From: Ascidiella aspersa
Lineage: Eukaryota
DNA: 64,000 bases
Assembly: GCA_963924565.1 (NCBI GenBank)
Contig: OZ004615.1
Coordinates: forward strand, 15,562,001-15,626,000
Direction of reading: 5' to 3'
Part shown: piece after piece, positions 34,901-48,733 of the stretch
How the letters are laid out: each line of letters opens with the position of its first letter
Numbering within the stretch: the stretch's first letter is position 1
Notes under the pieces: model-generated
What the model saw: the letters and a program-made list of their open reading frames with translations, nothing else
The model's database searches: none
Told to the model about the DNA's origin: nothing
Translations under genes and position numbers: made by a program

Positions 34901-37278
34901 ATTTATAACGTTTGTCCTGGGGTATCTTTTTTAAGCTAGGGTACACCTGCAGTTTTGAAATATCTAGAAAATAGGCTGTATATATAGATTTTCATCTTAC
35001 GGTGAGTGTCGTCGCTGCCATTTCTACAGTCGTAAGCGTATTTTCGAACCATTTCCCTGTCGATGCAGCCAACACCACGTGTTAAGCAACGAAAGTATCC
35101 ATCTTCGGGTCGACAAAGCGTCTTCGAAGGATAGTTGTTACCTTAATACAATATTAAGCTATTTAAGTTCGTCTCTAAACTAAAAACAAGGGTATTTTGC
35201 AAATTTTCGCGAAGCTAAAAATTCAAAAATAATAAACGGAGCTTAGCAAGCTGAGTAGTATAAATTTGTTTGCCGTCTATCGGCAACACGTTAATAAAGG
35301 CTTTTGAATACAGTACACCCGGCAATACAATTAACAACTTGGGTGGCTCTAAAAAAACATATACACATGAACAGTCACCTGCAGTAATTGATTTGACTAA
35401 AAGTAGCTGGAAGTAGCTTATGTGAAAACGGACACTTTGTGGACAGAAATGATCTGATGACCAAGCCCTATAATGCAAGTTGCAATTTCAAGTGATGGTT
35501 AACCACATGCTCCCCACCATAATCGTACACGTAAATTTAGTCACAGCGTAATTCTTCTACCTTATAGTTCCACATTTGGTAGTATAATATACCAAAATTG
35601 ATTAGTTTTCGTTCTTTTGTTGTTTTATGATGAAGATACACAGAATTTTAAGATTTGCCTGTAGGTAACTGATAGCAGTGTTGCTATTAAGTTTAGTTAT
35701 TTTGTAGTAGGACGAATATAAAGCACTAATTATTTTTGCAAAATTGTCAGTTCTTATTGAGGTACAAAACTTTGGGATGGTTGCGAAAAAGTTTGCCACA
35801 CGGTTATTTGTATAATAACCTTGTTTAAGAAATACAAGAAAAGTAAAAGATAAAACATTGCACATTAAACCAAGAGGGGAAACATTTGCACTTTAAACCC
35901 AGAGGGCCAGATAGGTAGTAATGGTTTGCATTATACGAGTATTCAATGAGCAGAATTCAAAATATTCCGGCGAGGATTAAAAATCAAACTTCAATGGTAG
36001 CCTAAATGAATGCCTAGCACTTTCCATAAAGGGCTAATTCTGCTAATGCGTGTTGGAATAACAAATTTTAGATCTTATTTCTCGGTATTACTGCGTTTAT
36101 GGCTTTGTTATGTCATTCATAATCTTACTTCCATGTTGATTAGATTATTCTGCTTAAGATATTGTTACTTTGCGCGTGTTGTTGTGTATTCCCTTTGCGA
36201 TTATAGCATTTTAGACCATATAAGGTTTCAACAAAAATTTCGATTGCAATTATCTGCATTTTTCAGAAACATTGTTAATAACAGAAATTCCGCTTTTTGA
36301 GCTAAAAGTCATCTTAATTAAAAATAATGAAACACGGGTGCCCCAAGAAGCGGTTCCAGGAGAGGAAGTCAAGTAACAAATCTGTATTTTTGTCTATTTT
36401 AACTATACGTTAATGCAAAAGATGCTCAACGAGAATATTATTTATTTTTGTATTGTACCATACCATATTTTTAGAAAAATCGTTTTAGCCTAAAAAGTTA
36501 ATTAATAATTGTGTTATTAAAGTTTTAGAACAACTGTGAATCAGGCTGGTATCGGATAGTGTTTCACTTGAAGACGTGTTTAATTACATTTGAAAAGGCA
36601 GTAAAGTGTTGGCGCAAAGCGCAAGTTTTTAGTTTTGTAAGCGATTATTGTGACGCTTTTTTCGAAACGATTTTGAATGACCCAACGTGTAACTGTAAAT
36701 GTAGCAAAATTTGAACTTTTCGGCCAAGTGTAAAAATAATCGCCCTACTAATGAATAATGAACGCCTAAAGAATGGATCTGATTTGTCAGCATTTCAGTT
36801 AAGAAAACTCTTGTTATTGAGAGCCTTATCAATTTAAAAACCTATTAATTCACAGTAAACTACTAAATGGTTGATGAGAGATTCAATGTGCGTATATAAA
36901 AATGTTGGTATCCTTTGGAAATGGTTCTAAGCCGGTACATATGACTTACTGCTTTTCCAGAGGAATGATTTTCAGTTTTACCTATAGCAATATAAACACG
37001 TATGGCGTCATAATAACGGCTAAAACAAAATATTTTTTATGAGGCCTCTTTAGAGTTTTTGTCAGTCTACGGGTAACAAAAAGGGAAACAGCAAATGCTT
37101 TTGGAAGATTTAGCTCTTTTTCGCCTTTTGCAATAACTACCATAACAAAGCGTAACACCAGTGTTAAGAACAGAATATACAAAGGCTAAGCAGTTTACAA
37201 ATGTTGATTGAAACCACACTTACCCATTTGTAAAACACAGTTCAGTACCACCAAAGTCGAAACGACCGATAACCGCAT
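22681..37278 (-). CDS. Gene B: paralogous multi-LDLa GPCR, ~1131 aa; complement(join(22681..24146,24397..24595,27537..27639,29645..30079,31601..31900,32265..32832,34668..34796,35001..35141,37224..37278))
   Basis: Same exon set and phases as gene A; 3396 nt open frame. Exon lengths 55/141/129/568/300/435/103/199/1466. Confidence 0.9.
24764..26523 (+). mobile_element. Degenerate Ty3/Gypsy (Mag-like) LTR retrotransposon remnant: gag pseudogene in gene B intron 7
   Basis: Frameshifted gag pieces: Q-rich N-terminus, [22 protein letters not shown]...[34 protein letters not shown], and two zinc knuckles ([25 protein letters not shown]). A ~40-bp repeat gcgtccctaa...gtttacgttggaat at ~24876 and ~26484 looks like LTR remnants. 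Absent from gene A/C introns. Boundaries approximate. Confidence 0.85.
27786..28056. mobile_element. hAT-type MITE (gene B intron 6)
   Basis: TIRs caggggttcccaac / gttaggaatccctg; perfect TSD aactaaat. Confidence 0.85.
31953..31985. repeat. (AT)n microsatellite
   Basis: Uninterrupted AT dinucleotide run in gene B intron 4. Confidence 0.95.
33405..34404. mobile_element. hAT-type MITE with a nested MITE (33560-33839)
   Basis: Outer TIRs caggggtcggcaacc/ggttgccgacccctg with TSD acttaacc. Inner TIRs cagtggttctcaacc/ggttgagaaccactg with TSD ttctaaat/ttctacat. Confidence 0.88.
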
Positions 37279-38139
37279 TTCTCTTTTTGTATACTTTTCA
37301 AATAAATCAAAGTTTTACCGTAGGCAATTTATCTAAAATGATACGCACTGTTTTATTTTTGAACAAACCTTTATTTTATTCATGATTACAGTACGCTACA
37401 ACCTAAATGTTCATTGTCGCCGGAGACTGCTGCAATATTTCCACTAAACAAAAACTAACCGTCAAGTTACCGACAAGACTGCACGGACTTAAAAAACAAA
37501 GTTGCCTGATATGTGAAATGGTAGGCTATCTAGCAAGCAGGTTGGTATATGAGTCACATCTGAGCCTTCAAACGTGAACCAAGTCGTTCTAAACCAAAAA
37601 AAAAACAAAGGATAAATATCTACCACATGCATGTACACAGCGGATGTTGAAAAGCTCGATATCGACCCAGTAAACTGTTTACGAAAGCAATAACGTGCTC
37701 TTAGTCACGACTCTCAAGTTAAGGAACGAAAGCCACAACATATGATGAAACGCCATTCCCTATTTCGCATCTTGTAAACTATCACTCCACGGAAATATCT
37801 TTATATTGCTCAAAACTTTTGTTGGACGCACGTAGAACACATATCCAAACGGAAACGAATGAATCATAAATTAAAGGCTGCTTATATTAAATGTTTCATT
37901 TTGCGGAATTGTTAGTGGACGCATGTAGTCTAAAATACTATCTTATTCCATATCTGTTGGATCTGCCCTGACAGACATAAACACCTGTCAACATTTACAG
38001 TTACTATGATCTCCAAAAGTAAGCGCCTTCTTTGGCACTATTAAAAGCGTAATATTTTTCCAGTTCGATTGGTCCTTGATCTATAAGGCAATTAAAAATA
38101 CGTTCGTAAAAACGATATTCGTCGCGTCACCATCTATAC

Positions 38140-39647
38140 CAGTGGTTCCCAAACTGTGGGCCATGGCCCAATACTAGGCCAGCAATTTTCAATGGGCCAC
38201 AGAGCCATTTGAACAGGTTCGTCTGTTTTGTTATACTGTAGATCAGGGGTCGGCAACCTTTTGTATGCAGTGTGTCAGTTTATGAATAATGTCAAAATAT
38301 TTACAACTCGCGTGCCAAACATTTTCATAGGCAGCTTATTTTCGCGGTTCCCTAGGTAGTATGGCCTATTTTCGCCAAAATAAGACATATTTTTAAGCTT
38401 TGTAGTGGTGTACGAGCTTATGGCGCCATATAATGAATATTTCAAAATAATTGTAAAATTCGTTTCGCGCACTCGCGCAAAGCGGCGTTTTTACAAATTT
38501 GCAGAAACGGCTTAAGTGACCGTACGCTGACCTCGACTATATAATAACTAACTTAAATCCAAGTACAATTAAAAGCTTTTTTGTTGTTAATGCCAATCTG
38601 TATCAGAACCAGGCCTGCCATAATATACTTCATCCGGCCCGCCGCCTCTTTGACTAATTAAACACGAGTCCATTTCAAATACTTTTTGACTATTTTAAGC
38701 GTGTAAATGCGAAAAATTTTCCGGTATACCAAAAAATTCGCGCTCGCTTCGCTCGCCGGTGTGCCCCAAATGGGTAACAAACACTAAAATAGATTAAATT
38801 TAAACATCTATCGTGTTATCTCATAGTAGTTTTATTACACTTTTTTAATAGTAGTAGGGGAATGACGACGTGTGGACTCGAATTTTAAACCAAGTATACG
38901 CTTTTTTTAGCGAATTTGCGCCAAGACTTAACTGCCTCCTTAAAAGTTATTATTATAAACACGTTTCAAGTGCAAACAAATCCGAGGCCCACCTGATTCA
39001 CAATTGTCATAAAGTTGTAATAACACAAATTCTCATTTAACATATCTTGTGCGGCCCGCAGAGACCTTTCTGAGTTTGGTTTTGGCCCGCGACTACTACA
39101 CAAAGGTTGCCGACCCTTGTGTAAGGATTTGAATAATCTGATGTTAGAATTAACCCCGCATAGAGTTTTGCTCATTTCAGCAACCTTATTTGGCAAAAAA
39201 CAACTATACAGTAACTTGAAAATTGACAGAAGTGTCATGAAAGAACCACAGCTGACCGCAGCAGACAACGCTATGGTTTTATTGCGACGTGGCCTCGGCG
39301 CTTTTTCGGTGGCATGTGCGGTTGCTCTCGCCTTTTCGGGAAAAAGCAAGATGTGTAGAGAATACATGGTGGCGTCTTTCAGCGATATTCTTCATACCGG
39401 GTCCAATTAGGAAACCGGTCCACTGTAGAGGCTAACCTTATTACTTTTTCGTGCTTTCAAAAGGTCTGTTCTTCGCGTTATTTTGCAGGAGTTAGTTTAT
39501 TTGGCCAGCCGATGTTATTTTTACCTGAAATATGACGTCACGCAATGGTATACTTTTGTGACGTTATATCGGAAAAAATGTGAAGTCATATCTGACAAAA
39601 ATGCATGGCCCTCCCCAAATTAAAATCCTAGATCCGCGCCTGCCCTG
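38140..39647. mobile_element. Compound hAT-type insertion upstream of gene B, containing MITE 38244-39119
   Basis: Flanked by perfect TSD atctatac; left end cagtggttcccaaa; inner TIRs caggggtcggcaacc/ggttgccgacccttg. Confidence 0.75.
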
Positions 39648-41699
39648 ATCTATACTAAAGAAAAGATAACGGCATGGTTCGTGCGAATCGCTTTCGGTGA
39701 AAAAGTTTGCTGAACTGGATCCTGGACAACTTCCATGGGGTTATACAAATATAAAACCCTTAAGAAGGGTGAGTAAAAGTTGCTCAATCCTACCACTTGG
39801 TAACGGTGGAATTAGAATCACTTTTGGAAGAACATTGCCTGCTAAATACCATTCAGTCGTAAAAGTTAATAGGTCTAAATTTCAAATATTTTATTGTGCT
39901 TCTAACAAAATTTATTAAAAACTGCAAGTTTTATGAAAAGTTTTGGTTTCAATTTTTTAATTTGAATTATAGCCGCTTGTGTTTGTACTGCCATGAGTTT
40001 GTTGGAGTTTCACGTTTTAACCTTGTAACATTACAAATATGATTTATAACAACATAGTTCGTCTGATATGCTTTAGTCATTTTGCGCAGGCCAAATAGTA
40101 TAGCTCCGTCATGGAATGACGTATGAATAAAATTTGTTCGCAAAACCAAATAACTTCGCGAACAGTTTGCAGCCACTTATTTGCATGCAGGTCAATAGTT
40201 TTAATTCTATAAAAAAATAAAACGGTATTCTCTAAAGGTCAAAATTCAATCATTATTTTATAAAAGTCAAACAAAAAAACAGTTTTAAGCTGATTAACTA
40301 AATAGGGGGGCGACAAGCAATTCAGGGGGCGCGAGCAAGGTAAAAAAATATTGTAATATTTCTAATGGTTTCGTTTGCCTTGTTCACCACTCCTACAGCG
40401 CTGTGCAAACTCTGTTTTTGCCAACTTTAACATTTAAACTGTAAAAAACTCTCGCGTTTCGCGCGTATCTTCTGTTTTTACTTTTGCTGACTACGTTTTA
40501 GCCAAAAGTCTCTTTGAGTGCCATTGCATCTTTTCATATCATCGAAAGTATAACGGCCCTATTTAATTACAATTTTGCTAACTTATAGATAAACGATAAC
40601 AGTTATCCACCGTTTGAACTTTTCTTTATCCATATTTTATATATGATAACAGGCTAGCAACAGGGGACTCAAACTTTTTTGCGCGAATCTATAATGTTTT
40701 TACAATATTGCCGTTGTATTGTGTGTCGTCACACCTTTTGAAACACAATACCGGAATGTTTAATTTTTGCGCTTGACATTTTTACTTGCTTTTGACATCA
40801 CAGCCTTACAACTGTTGAGTAAATGCCCTCACAACACATTTGTCAATATCAGCTCGATAAAAATCAATGCGTCGAGCACGAGCAATTTGCTGTGTGCCCA
40901 ATGCGAAAAGCCTCCTGTTTTACAGTTTAGCGCCAATTCAACCTAATAAACTCACGCGTCGCTCGACCAGCAATAATTGAAGTCGGTATTGCGCGAAACG
41001 AAATTCGGAAAAATATTAAAAACACCATGCAATAACTTATATCAGACATACCCTTCACTATTTTAAAGTTGTCTCAGTGATATTTGATTAAAAATGCCGA
41101 ATTGCTTTTCGTAGGGGGGCGCAAGGCATAGGAAAAATACCAAAGGGTTCGCGGCTGAAAAAAGGTTAAGAACCACTGGTCTAACCATGTCAAGTTTCAT
41201 ATTCAAAGCATTCCATGTTGGCGAAATAGTTATCAATAACCGCTTTAACGTCACAATTCACAAAGTATTGTAAAATGTTGGCAATAATCCCCCAACCATA
41301 GACCTACACTACATGTATTGTACACAAAGTTTGCAAAGTTCATGCAGCAAAACAGCGAATAACCCAATGAACTAATGATATAAAACGCAAACATATGCTA
41401 CATGCCAATTCCCCAAACTTATGCATTATTTGACTGAAGTACCGAAATTCTATTTTCGTTAACTCAGTTCTCTCACTTCCAATCTGCAAAGCAACTTTAC
41501 CATTTGAGAGAACGAGAACTTTACCATTTGCTGTAAAAATTAATCTCAGATTTTAGAACTGTTTTCCTATACCTATGGTAGTATACGGTGGAAATCGTCT
41601 TCTTTTTGGCAATATCACACATTCAATATTCATACAAGTTATCTTTATTTTAATATAAGCAAATTGCTTGTTGTTGTAATGTAAACACCAAATTAATAT

Positions 41700-44600
41700 T
41701 TAAAGTGCAGTTGATTTAGTAGTGGAGTTCATCGTTACAATAGAATTTGTGACGTGAGAATGTCTTCTGAATGCTATCGAGGATAATCGTTTTCTAGACT
41801 TTAAAACACAGGTTCTCAACTTCTTAAAAACCACCTGCGGCAAGCTGCTGTAAATCAACGGATTCAGGGAGCTGTTGATTGGCAAAAGAAGAATGGCAGA
41901 AATGGCGTAAGACATGGGCGATAAAATAGCACCACCCATGCTGAGAAATGTCATGATACAGATTGGAAGCCAGCAGCACAAATCAGTAGCGATTAGTATC
42001 GTGACTTTGAGCTGCAACGCTTTAGTTTGGTTGTTTTTCTTTGTGAGGGGTTTAGCCCCTTGCACAATTCCACTACGCCGCTGTGAGATCCAGTAAATTG
42101 CCCCGTATGCGCACGCAATATACAACAATGCGACGAAGTTAAACGTGATAATAACTGACGACATGGCATTAACGCTGTCACTGGCTTCGATGCGATATAG
42201 CCTTGGAATGCACACACTACTGCTACTGTAATAACCATAGGAACTGACAGAAGAAGGTACTGGCGTGTCAAATTCGCCGAGGAAGCTTTCTAAAGCGAAC
42301 CAATTGGAATTCCACAAGTCAGTTTGGGGTTGCGACTTGTTGCTGATGATAGAAAGGCGCCCAGCAAAAGTTTGTAATTCCGACAATACTACAGTGTCTG
42401 TAGGAAAATAGGGAATTGGGCGAATCTGAATTTTCGATACCATTGAACTGGACAGAGCTGGTATAAAAGGAAGGACTGACACAGCGAAAGAACCAAGCCA
42501 TATGGTAACAATCCACATAACGGCAATTCTCAGCCGAAGATTTCGCGATGTCATCGGGTTAAAGACGCTAAACAATCGGTAAGATGTAATGCATACTAGC
42601 GTAAGAACGGAAGTCTCGGAAGAGAGAACTGTCAAAACACCAATAATATCACATAGATTACTTGATCTCCAAGCTTTGTCGCGAATGCAGTACTCACCGC
42701 TAAACTGAACCGCCTTAATGCCAATTATCAACAAGGCGACTCCCATGATAAAATCCGAAACGGCGAGGTTCAGGATTAGGACACGGTTTATCAAACCCAA
42801 TCGCTGGCGGTTCTGTGCAGTTGTACGTTTGCGCAGAGAGACGCAGGTTTGAACGAAAACCGCCAGGTTTCCCAGCAAAGCGAGGACAGCCATAAACCAA
42901 ACAAGGATCTCCAGTGCGCGCCACTTTATCATTTGGGTGTTGGAAGCCAGGGCATCGTTTTGCAAATACTCGGGAGGACATTCGTCTGAACCATCCTCAC
43001 AATCCACGACTCCGTCTTGAACCTTGTCACGTGGAACGAACAGTGGCTTCTTATCCGTGCAGTAAAAGTGCGTGCTTTTGGAGCAGTTTAGCTCGTCCTT
43101 CCAGTCATCGCAGTCCGGTGTCAGGTTGCACAATTTTTCCTCAGGGATGGCGGTTTTTGTTTTCACTGCAAATGCAACACTGGGGTAAGTATATTGACAT
43201 GTCAATTAAACATTATGAACAAAAAATGTTATTGATACTCAAAGGTTATTCTTATGTTTTGTTATTAACTTTTCTACATTCAAAATTTTCTTACATTTAC
43301 AAATTTAAGTCACTTTTATTACTTTCTGTTGTTGCAGCTTAAGCCCAATTATAGCTGCCTTTCCTAAAGATCAAAGGAAATAAAACCTTTTTTCATGAAT
43401 TGTTACATTACAGTTTACCTCCAAACACGGTCTGAACTGGGCCTGCTTGACAATGGAATAGGTTACTGCAGTTCATCTCATCAAATCCTTCATTGCACTC
43501 CACCACCCCGTTACATATGTTAGATCCAAATATAAAATCCATTTTGCCGGAGCATTTTCTTGATCTGAGATGGTACGTAAAGTTCAACACGGGGAAAAAT
43601 CCTGCTGGTATAGTGGTCTACAAAACAAATTAGCTAAGACGTAAGTAAGTTTTTGGGACTTCGCCGTTATTCAAATATGTAGGGTCGTATTTCGACTTAG
43701 GTCTCAACGTGTCTGGCCATTCAGCTCGTAAAGTTGGTATAAAACTGTCTCTGTCCTTGTGTATGACATAAGTAAACTAAAAGAATACCTTTGCTTATTC
43801 TGTTGAGCTTTATTGTCATGGATTTTGACTTCGAACCTTCTGCCAGTTTTACTGGTCCATAGCTTTACATTAAGTGTTTTTGTCGTGAATTTTATTAAAA
43901 CAAACGTAGTTTAGTTATGAAGTAACCACGCGGTTTTACTGCGAAAGCATGCCCGTGGCCGCCAATACCGCCAGCATAACGACGTGTTGGTAATCATTTA
44001 TTGTGTTGTGCGTTGATTGTATCGCAGTGTGAATTGCGCGACTACTTATAAAATGCTGGTGTGGTAACTGTCGTTGCCCCATTCGTAATAAACCATTTGT
44101 CTTATTTTGGCTCTGACGTTAAATTGGAAAGGCAAACAAAGGTTAAAAACACAAAAAGGGGTTATAACATAACACGGTCGCACTGCGGTCGTTCGGTGTC
44201 ATTCACCCTGAAGAAGGCGACTTGAATAGGTTGCCGAATCGTTGGTTAACAATTACAAATTACCACATGAGCTGCTATTGGGGCTGGGCTAGGACTTTCA
44301 ATGATCAAAGTCAATTTCATTTATTCAAATTTATTAGATTGAATTTGGTTTCTATTTAAGGTATGTTATTCCAACACATGTAATTTTGAGTTATAAATCC
44401 GCAAATGAATGGTTTTCCGTTTTAAACCCAACCCGCAGTAGGTAAATATAATAAATCTAAACAATTTAACCCATTTAAATTCATTTCGCTATATTAATTT
44501 GTTTTAATACGTTTTTTTGTTCATTTTAATTAGATAGTTAATGTAAGCCTAGAGACTTTTTTCATTTTTTTGTTGTTTTGGCGGGGATGGATCACAAGTT

Positions 44601-44827
44601 ATTAAAAAAAATTAAAAAAGTCTGAATTTGGAAAACCGCACTGATCTAAAGCACACGTGGTTCAAAGAAAGATCATTTCGGTATTAGTAAACCCTATATG
44701 CAAAATGTATAATGCTATACGTACGGTTTTTATTGAAATCTGGTCGCAAACAGCAGGTTTCTCAGAACAATTTGCCCGGTCGCTGCACTCGTCTTCAAAC
44801 AATGCACATTCCACCTTTCCATCACAC
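41700..44827 (-). CDS. Gene C, 3' part (exons 7-9): complement(join(41700..43165,43419..43617,44725..44827))
   Basis: Intact 7TM exon (1466 nt), exon 8 (199 nt) and exon 7 (103 nt), homologous to genes A/B. Exons 2-6 are not visible and the N-gap lies upstream. Confidence 0.85.
43985..44376 (+). mobile_element. Short retroelement-derived insert (Penelope-like pseudo-LTR or solo LTR) carrying a hammerhead-like motif
   Basis: Termini tgttgg...ccaaca; absent from gene A/B intron 7; contains CTGAAGA-stem-GAAT-CG-TT. Confidence 0.55.
44202..44249 (+). ncRNA. Degenerate minimal type I hammerhead ribozyme motif
   Basis: TTCACC-CTGAAGA-A-GGCGAC(ttgaatag)GTTGCC-GAAT-CG-TT-GGTTAA; the core GAAA is mutated to GAAT. 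Confidence 0.5.
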
Positions 44828-45356
44828 CTAGATTCGACAAAAAAAGAATTAGTCAAGTAGTCTAGGAAAACCATGCAATGAAATTCCATTTCTTTTGTGG
44901 CAATACCAGCAAGCGTGAATCCAGGATGGAGGACGTGGCCCAAAACGTTATTTTGTCCTACTTAAATTACATAAATGCAAACATTTTCGCACTTGCAATA
45001 TTTATGAAAATATTTATCCATTTTGTTAAAATCATTTTTGCCAACGGAAATAAAATCATTTTTGCCAACTATTATTGCGCGAAATAATAACACCTTTGTA
45101 ATATTTTTGTATTGGAGTAATACCTCTATAGCAGGGGTGGGCAAATGTAGCAATGAAAGAGCCATTTGCAGAAAATACAAGTACCAAAGAGCCTCAAAAT
45201 TATTTCAATACAAATACGGTAAATAATGCAAGTTCAGCAATGATAACAGAGTTGTAATATAACAAAACGGTATTAATAAACACAATAATAATAACGGTAA
45301 TAACAAAATAACACGCACAAAATTTATCAGTCTTTTGTTTGATTTGCTAACTCTGA

Positions 45357-45556
45357 NNNNNNNNNNNNNNNNNNNNNNNNNNNNNNNNNNNNNNNNNNNN
45401 NNNNNNNNNNNNNNNNNNNNNNNNNNNNNNNNNNNNNNNNNNNNNNNNNNNNNNNNNNNNNNNNNNNNNNNNNNNNNNNNNNNNNNNNNNNNNNNNNNNN
45501 NNNNNNNNNNNNNNNNNNNNNNNNNNNNNNNNNNNNNNNNNNNNNNNNNNNNNNNN
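45357..45556. other. Assembly gap (200 N)
   Basis: Run of exactly 200 N, which suggests an unsized scaffolding gap. Confidence 0.99.
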
Positions 45557-46390
45557 AATAACTCCATTGTAAGTGTCTGATCCCCATAATTTTCTTTTTT
45601 ACCAAAATACCCTACTTTTCCCTACAAAGTACAATTTATCACGTAGGTATTCACTACTCCCTACTTTAGGAGAAAATACCCTACCGTAGGGTAATATCCC
45701 TACGAGTGGCAACCTTGACAACAAGGCGAGTAACCAAAAACAAAGAAATAGTTTTGAACAAAGTGGTATTGTTATGCATCACAAAGGATCAATCACAAAT
45801 TTTTTTGTCAATTACAATACCAAAGAAACAAAAATTGAAGTGATATTGCTAGATTAAGGCAAAGCTGGCTATCAGTTGGCGGGCCAAACAAGAGGAACTC
45901 GCGGGCCAAGGGCCTGCAGTTGGACCACGCTGACGTAAATGAACAACCAATCGTAGCTTTTGATGACGAGCGCAAACACGTTGAAATTAAAATGGTCTCC
46001 TTCAGGAGGTCTAGTTGATTTTTGTTAGGTGCTTCGCGGTCCCAGAAAATTGTCTCTCTGACCCCAAATGGACCGCGGACCCCAGTTTGAGAACCACTGG
46101 CTTAGACTAATCGATTTTAATTGACTTTCCTGTTACGTGTTTCTTGAATTTACCAAAAAAATCAGTTACTATTTGTTACTTTGTTATGTTGTTTAATGCG
46201 CTAAACGGAAAAGCAGTTTAATTTCAACCTAACCTAGCAATTACGGTAAACAAATGACTGAATATGTAAACACACATGGCGTAATATTTGCGTCTAAAAC
46301 TGAATATTTTTTATAAGGCTTACACCAGTGTTAAGAACAGAATATACAAAGGCCAAGCAGTTTACTTATGTTAATTGAAACCACACTTAC

Positions 46391-46445
46391 CCATTTGAAA
46401 AACACAGTTCAGCACCACCAAAGTCGAAACGACCGATAACCGCAT
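46391..46445 (-). CDS. Signal-peptide exon 1 of gene C (or of a further paralog across the gap)
   Basis: ATG...[19 protein letters not shown]|gtaagt, 55 nt, homologous to 18339-18393 and 37224-37278. Confidence 0.8.
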
Positions 46446-46910
46446 TTCTTTCTTCGTATACTTTTCAATTAAATCAAAGTTTTACCGTAGGCTAATTATC
46501 TAAAATGTTACGCACTGTTTTCTTTTTTAGCAGACCTTTTTTTATTCATAATTACAGTATGCTACAGCCTAAATGTTTATTGTCGCCGGAGACTGATGCA
46601 GTATTTCCCTCAGCAAAAACTAACCGTCAAGTTACCGACAAGACTGCACGCACTTTAAAAACAAAGTTTTTCAAAGTTCCTGCAAACGTGAACCAAGTCG
46701 TTCTAAACCAAAAAAAAATCAAAAGGCTAAATAGCTACAACATGCATGTACACAGCGGATGTTGAAAAGCTCTATATCGACGTAGTAAACTGTTTACGAA
46801 AGCAATTACGTTCCCTTAGTCACGACTCTCAAGTTAAGGAAGGAAATCAGTGACATATGATGAAACGCCATTCTGTATTTCGCATCTTGTAAACTATTAC
46901 TCCACAGTTA

Positions 46911-48733
46911 TCTACATAATAAAAGAGAAAGTTTGTGAGATGTGTGTATGTGTGTGGCAAGTTGTTCGCCCATTCACATTACAATATATTTGTGTTACAT
47001 CACAATGGAAATGTTACGTCACACTCAATGCGATTTACAACATGGTACAATGTTACCAAGATTGTGTTTAAGCATGTATCCCAAGCCCCAGCGTTAGTTA
47101 ATTTAATATAGGTATATTTATAGGTTTTTGTGGACCCCCGGTTGAGAAACACTATTATAAACTATGCAAACAAACGTGTGCAACGTTCCAAGTAAAGACT
47201 TAAGTTTAACAATGCCAAATTTTGGCAAAGTTCGCAAAATATCGTGTCTGTTGTCGCAGTAAGTAAAAGATAGTCCAAGTTTAATTTACCTGCCGGGAAA
47301 TAAAAAAATAAAACTAAGTACATTTCCTTAACGTATCCGCGCAAAACTTTGTTCAAGCGCAATTACCTGCCGGGAAATAGAAAAATAAAAGTAAGTATAT
47401 TTCCTTAGTAAAGTAAAATTTTAATGTTTCGAACTAAGACTGTCATGTTTAGGAACTTATTGATGCCTGTTTACGCGTAAAATTTAGGTAGAGTTCGCAA
47501 ATTTACGAAGAATTGAATTTATATTTTTAAGCCGTTTGTTAGCAATAGTAAAAGCCTAATGACTTCTTACCAGGGACGTGCGGTCCCAAAACATACTTGG
47601 ACAACTAGATTTATTTTAGCTTTTTAAAATTAGATTATAATTAAAATTAGAGCATTTTATTTTTTCCAAATTAGATTAGAATTAGAATTAGATCATTTTG
47701 AGTTTTCTCAAATTAGATTAGAATTAGAATTACCGAATTCTTAAAAAAACGAATTTGAACTAGAATTTAAACTAAAATTACATTTTACTATTCACAATCA
47801 ATTACATTTAAATCGAGAAGTATTTTGATAGGAATGTGCATGTCAATTATGTGTGTGCTAATTTTTAAGCATTTTAGCATAGCATATGATTTTTAGTCCG
47901 TGAAAATTACGTTTCAACCAAAGAGTTTGAATTCAAATTCTTTATTTTCACTAAGAGACTAAAAATGTCGTTGGACAAAGTAAGATTTTTGGTAAAATCC
48001 GAATTAGATTAGAACTAGAATTAGAGCGCACAAGCAATTCACAAATTAGATTAGAATTAGAATTAGCCGCATTTTGCTCTAATTCAATGAATTAGAAAAC
48101 TAGAATTATCTAGTTGTCCAAGTCTGTCACAAAAGCATACCGCTAATTTTTTTATCTTTATTAGTACGATATCGATTTTGTGATTGTTAAAGAAAAGCGT
48201 GGCTTGAAAAAATTAGTGCCTCACCATCTAGGAACGTCACCGCACGTCACTGCTTCTAATGTGTTTTCCCACGCAATACTCAGCAGAGTTCGCGAAATAT
48301 TGCGTTTATTACAGTAGTTAACAGTAAGCATTTTTTTTTCTATGAGGATTTTTCTCACGTTTGACGCAGTTTAGCACCGGGATTACGTATTTGCTTAAAT
48401 ATGACGCTATCAAGCAAGTCTAAGCAAATTGCTGCTGCATCCTAAAGTTTTACGTTTGGGAGTTATTCTCAATTAACAAACGTCACAGGTTTTCGTTACT
48501 TAAAAGATGCATTGCATGCTTAGCCAAGTGTTGTGCGCTATAGTTAACCGACTTCACATCACATGACTTGAAATTTTTATTTAGTGACACCTAGTTCAAA
48601 CGTTTAGGCATTAGCAAATTTGTTATGACATTTAAAAAAATATGTTTGCATTTATTTATGTTATTTGCGAAGATCTTACGAATAATCGGTAAATATTCTA
48701 TTTAACCTGGGCAACGCCGGGTATTTCGTCTAG
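46911..48733 (+). mobile_element. Non-autonomous Helitron upstream of gene C, with nested TIR elements (47571-48252 containing 47592-48126)
   Basis: A|TCTACATAATAAAAG start; 3' hairpin cctgggcaacgccggg followed by CTAG|T; no TSD. Empty sites upstream of genes A and B. The nested element has TIRs cttggacaactaga/tctagttgtccaag, TSD tcccaaaa/tcacaaaa and TTAGAA subrepeats. Confidence 0.85.

Noticed and set aside
36982-37182. Hydrophobic [19 protein letters not shown] as a signal peptide
   Set aside because: Lies in intron 1, has no suitable donor and the frame is not preserved across paralogs; the true signal exon is 37224-37278.
44828-44943. In-frame N-terminal extension of exon 7 (GHVLHPGF...FHCMVFL) similar in A, B and C
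   Set aside because: Out of frame with exon 7 in A and B (ends in TGA) and absent in D; it contains the likely branch point ttgactaat. Best explained as duplicated intron.
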